Source of the DNA: Thermoplasmata archaeon
Lineage (GTDB): Archaea; Thermoplasmatota; Thermoplasmata; Thermoplasmatales; GCA-001856825
Length of the DNA stretch: 45,957 nucleotides
NCBI GenBank assembly: GCA_021827945.1
Contig: JAKATW010000141.1
Location: forward strand, 1 to 45,957
Direction: 5' to 3'
In this document: in pieces, positions 45,893 to 45,957 of the stretch
Layout of the letters: the number at the start of each line of letters is the position of its first letter
Position numbering within the stretch: the stretch's first letter is position 1
Notes under the pieces: model-generated
What the model was told of the DNA's origin: nothing
The model's database searches: none
The model's input: the letters and a program-made list of their open reading frames with translations, nothing else
Translations under genes and position numbers: made by a program

Positions 45893-45957
45893 GGTACTAC
45901 ATTATTCACATTGATAATTTAGAGTAAAGTTTGTGTTTGTCAGCAATATTCCTCATA

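Larger units (their letters stand above)
41811..45957. mobile_element. tRNA-Ala-integrated element/genomic island (left end only; right end beyond the window)
   Basis: Integrase abuts and overlaps the tRNA 3' end; visibly AT-richer than the respiratory region; RHH genes and accessory cargo; no second att copy seen in the window. Confidence 0.8.

Noticed and set aside
1-45957. CRISPR array, rRNA genes, IS transposases, second att repeat
   Set aside because: None seen on reading: no regularly spaced 24-40 bp repeats, rRNA-like tracts, transposase motifs or duplicate of the tRNA 3' end

Overview
Archaeal chromosomal window, most consistent with an acidophilic Thermoplasmata-type organism (inferred from archaeal AlaRS, Taw1, TrmI, split NuoJ, grpE-dnaK-dnaJ, TATA boxes, GAGGTGA ribosome-binding sites and a PKD-containing family-5 solute-binding protein). 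(1) 1-16.1 kb, all on the minus strand, is a respiratory super-cluster: a mycobacterial Sdh1-like (type F) succinate:quinone oxidoreductase with an unannotated 56-aa membrane ORF, then a conventional SdhACDB, then a complex I-like nuoABCDHIJ1J2KLMN operon with no NuoEFG. (2) 16.2-35.2 kb is housekeeping: taw1, trmI, alaS, M50 and presenilin-type intramembrane proteases, a GGR-family reductase, a ChrB-domain protein, an MFS transporter, a solute-binding protein, OsmC, grpE-dnaK-dnaJ and AlaX. (3) 35.2-40.4 kb is the best candidate for an undescribed system: APC amino-acid permease, an SdhA-fold flavoprotein with a rebuilt active site, a [2Fe-2S]-only mini-SdhB and an ATC-hydrolase/V4R-like protein, with a divergent HTH-10 regulator and a perfect 14-bp palindrome. 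(4) After a heme O synthase gene, tRNA-Ala(GGC) marks the left end of an AT-richer integrated element. It carries a tyrosine integrase whose stop codon lies inside the tRNA, a divergent RHH pair around 10-bp-phased TACTT repeats, and candidate defence cargo (HEPN-like protein plus MORC-like GHKL ATPase). All family calls come from motif recognition by eye; no database searches were run.
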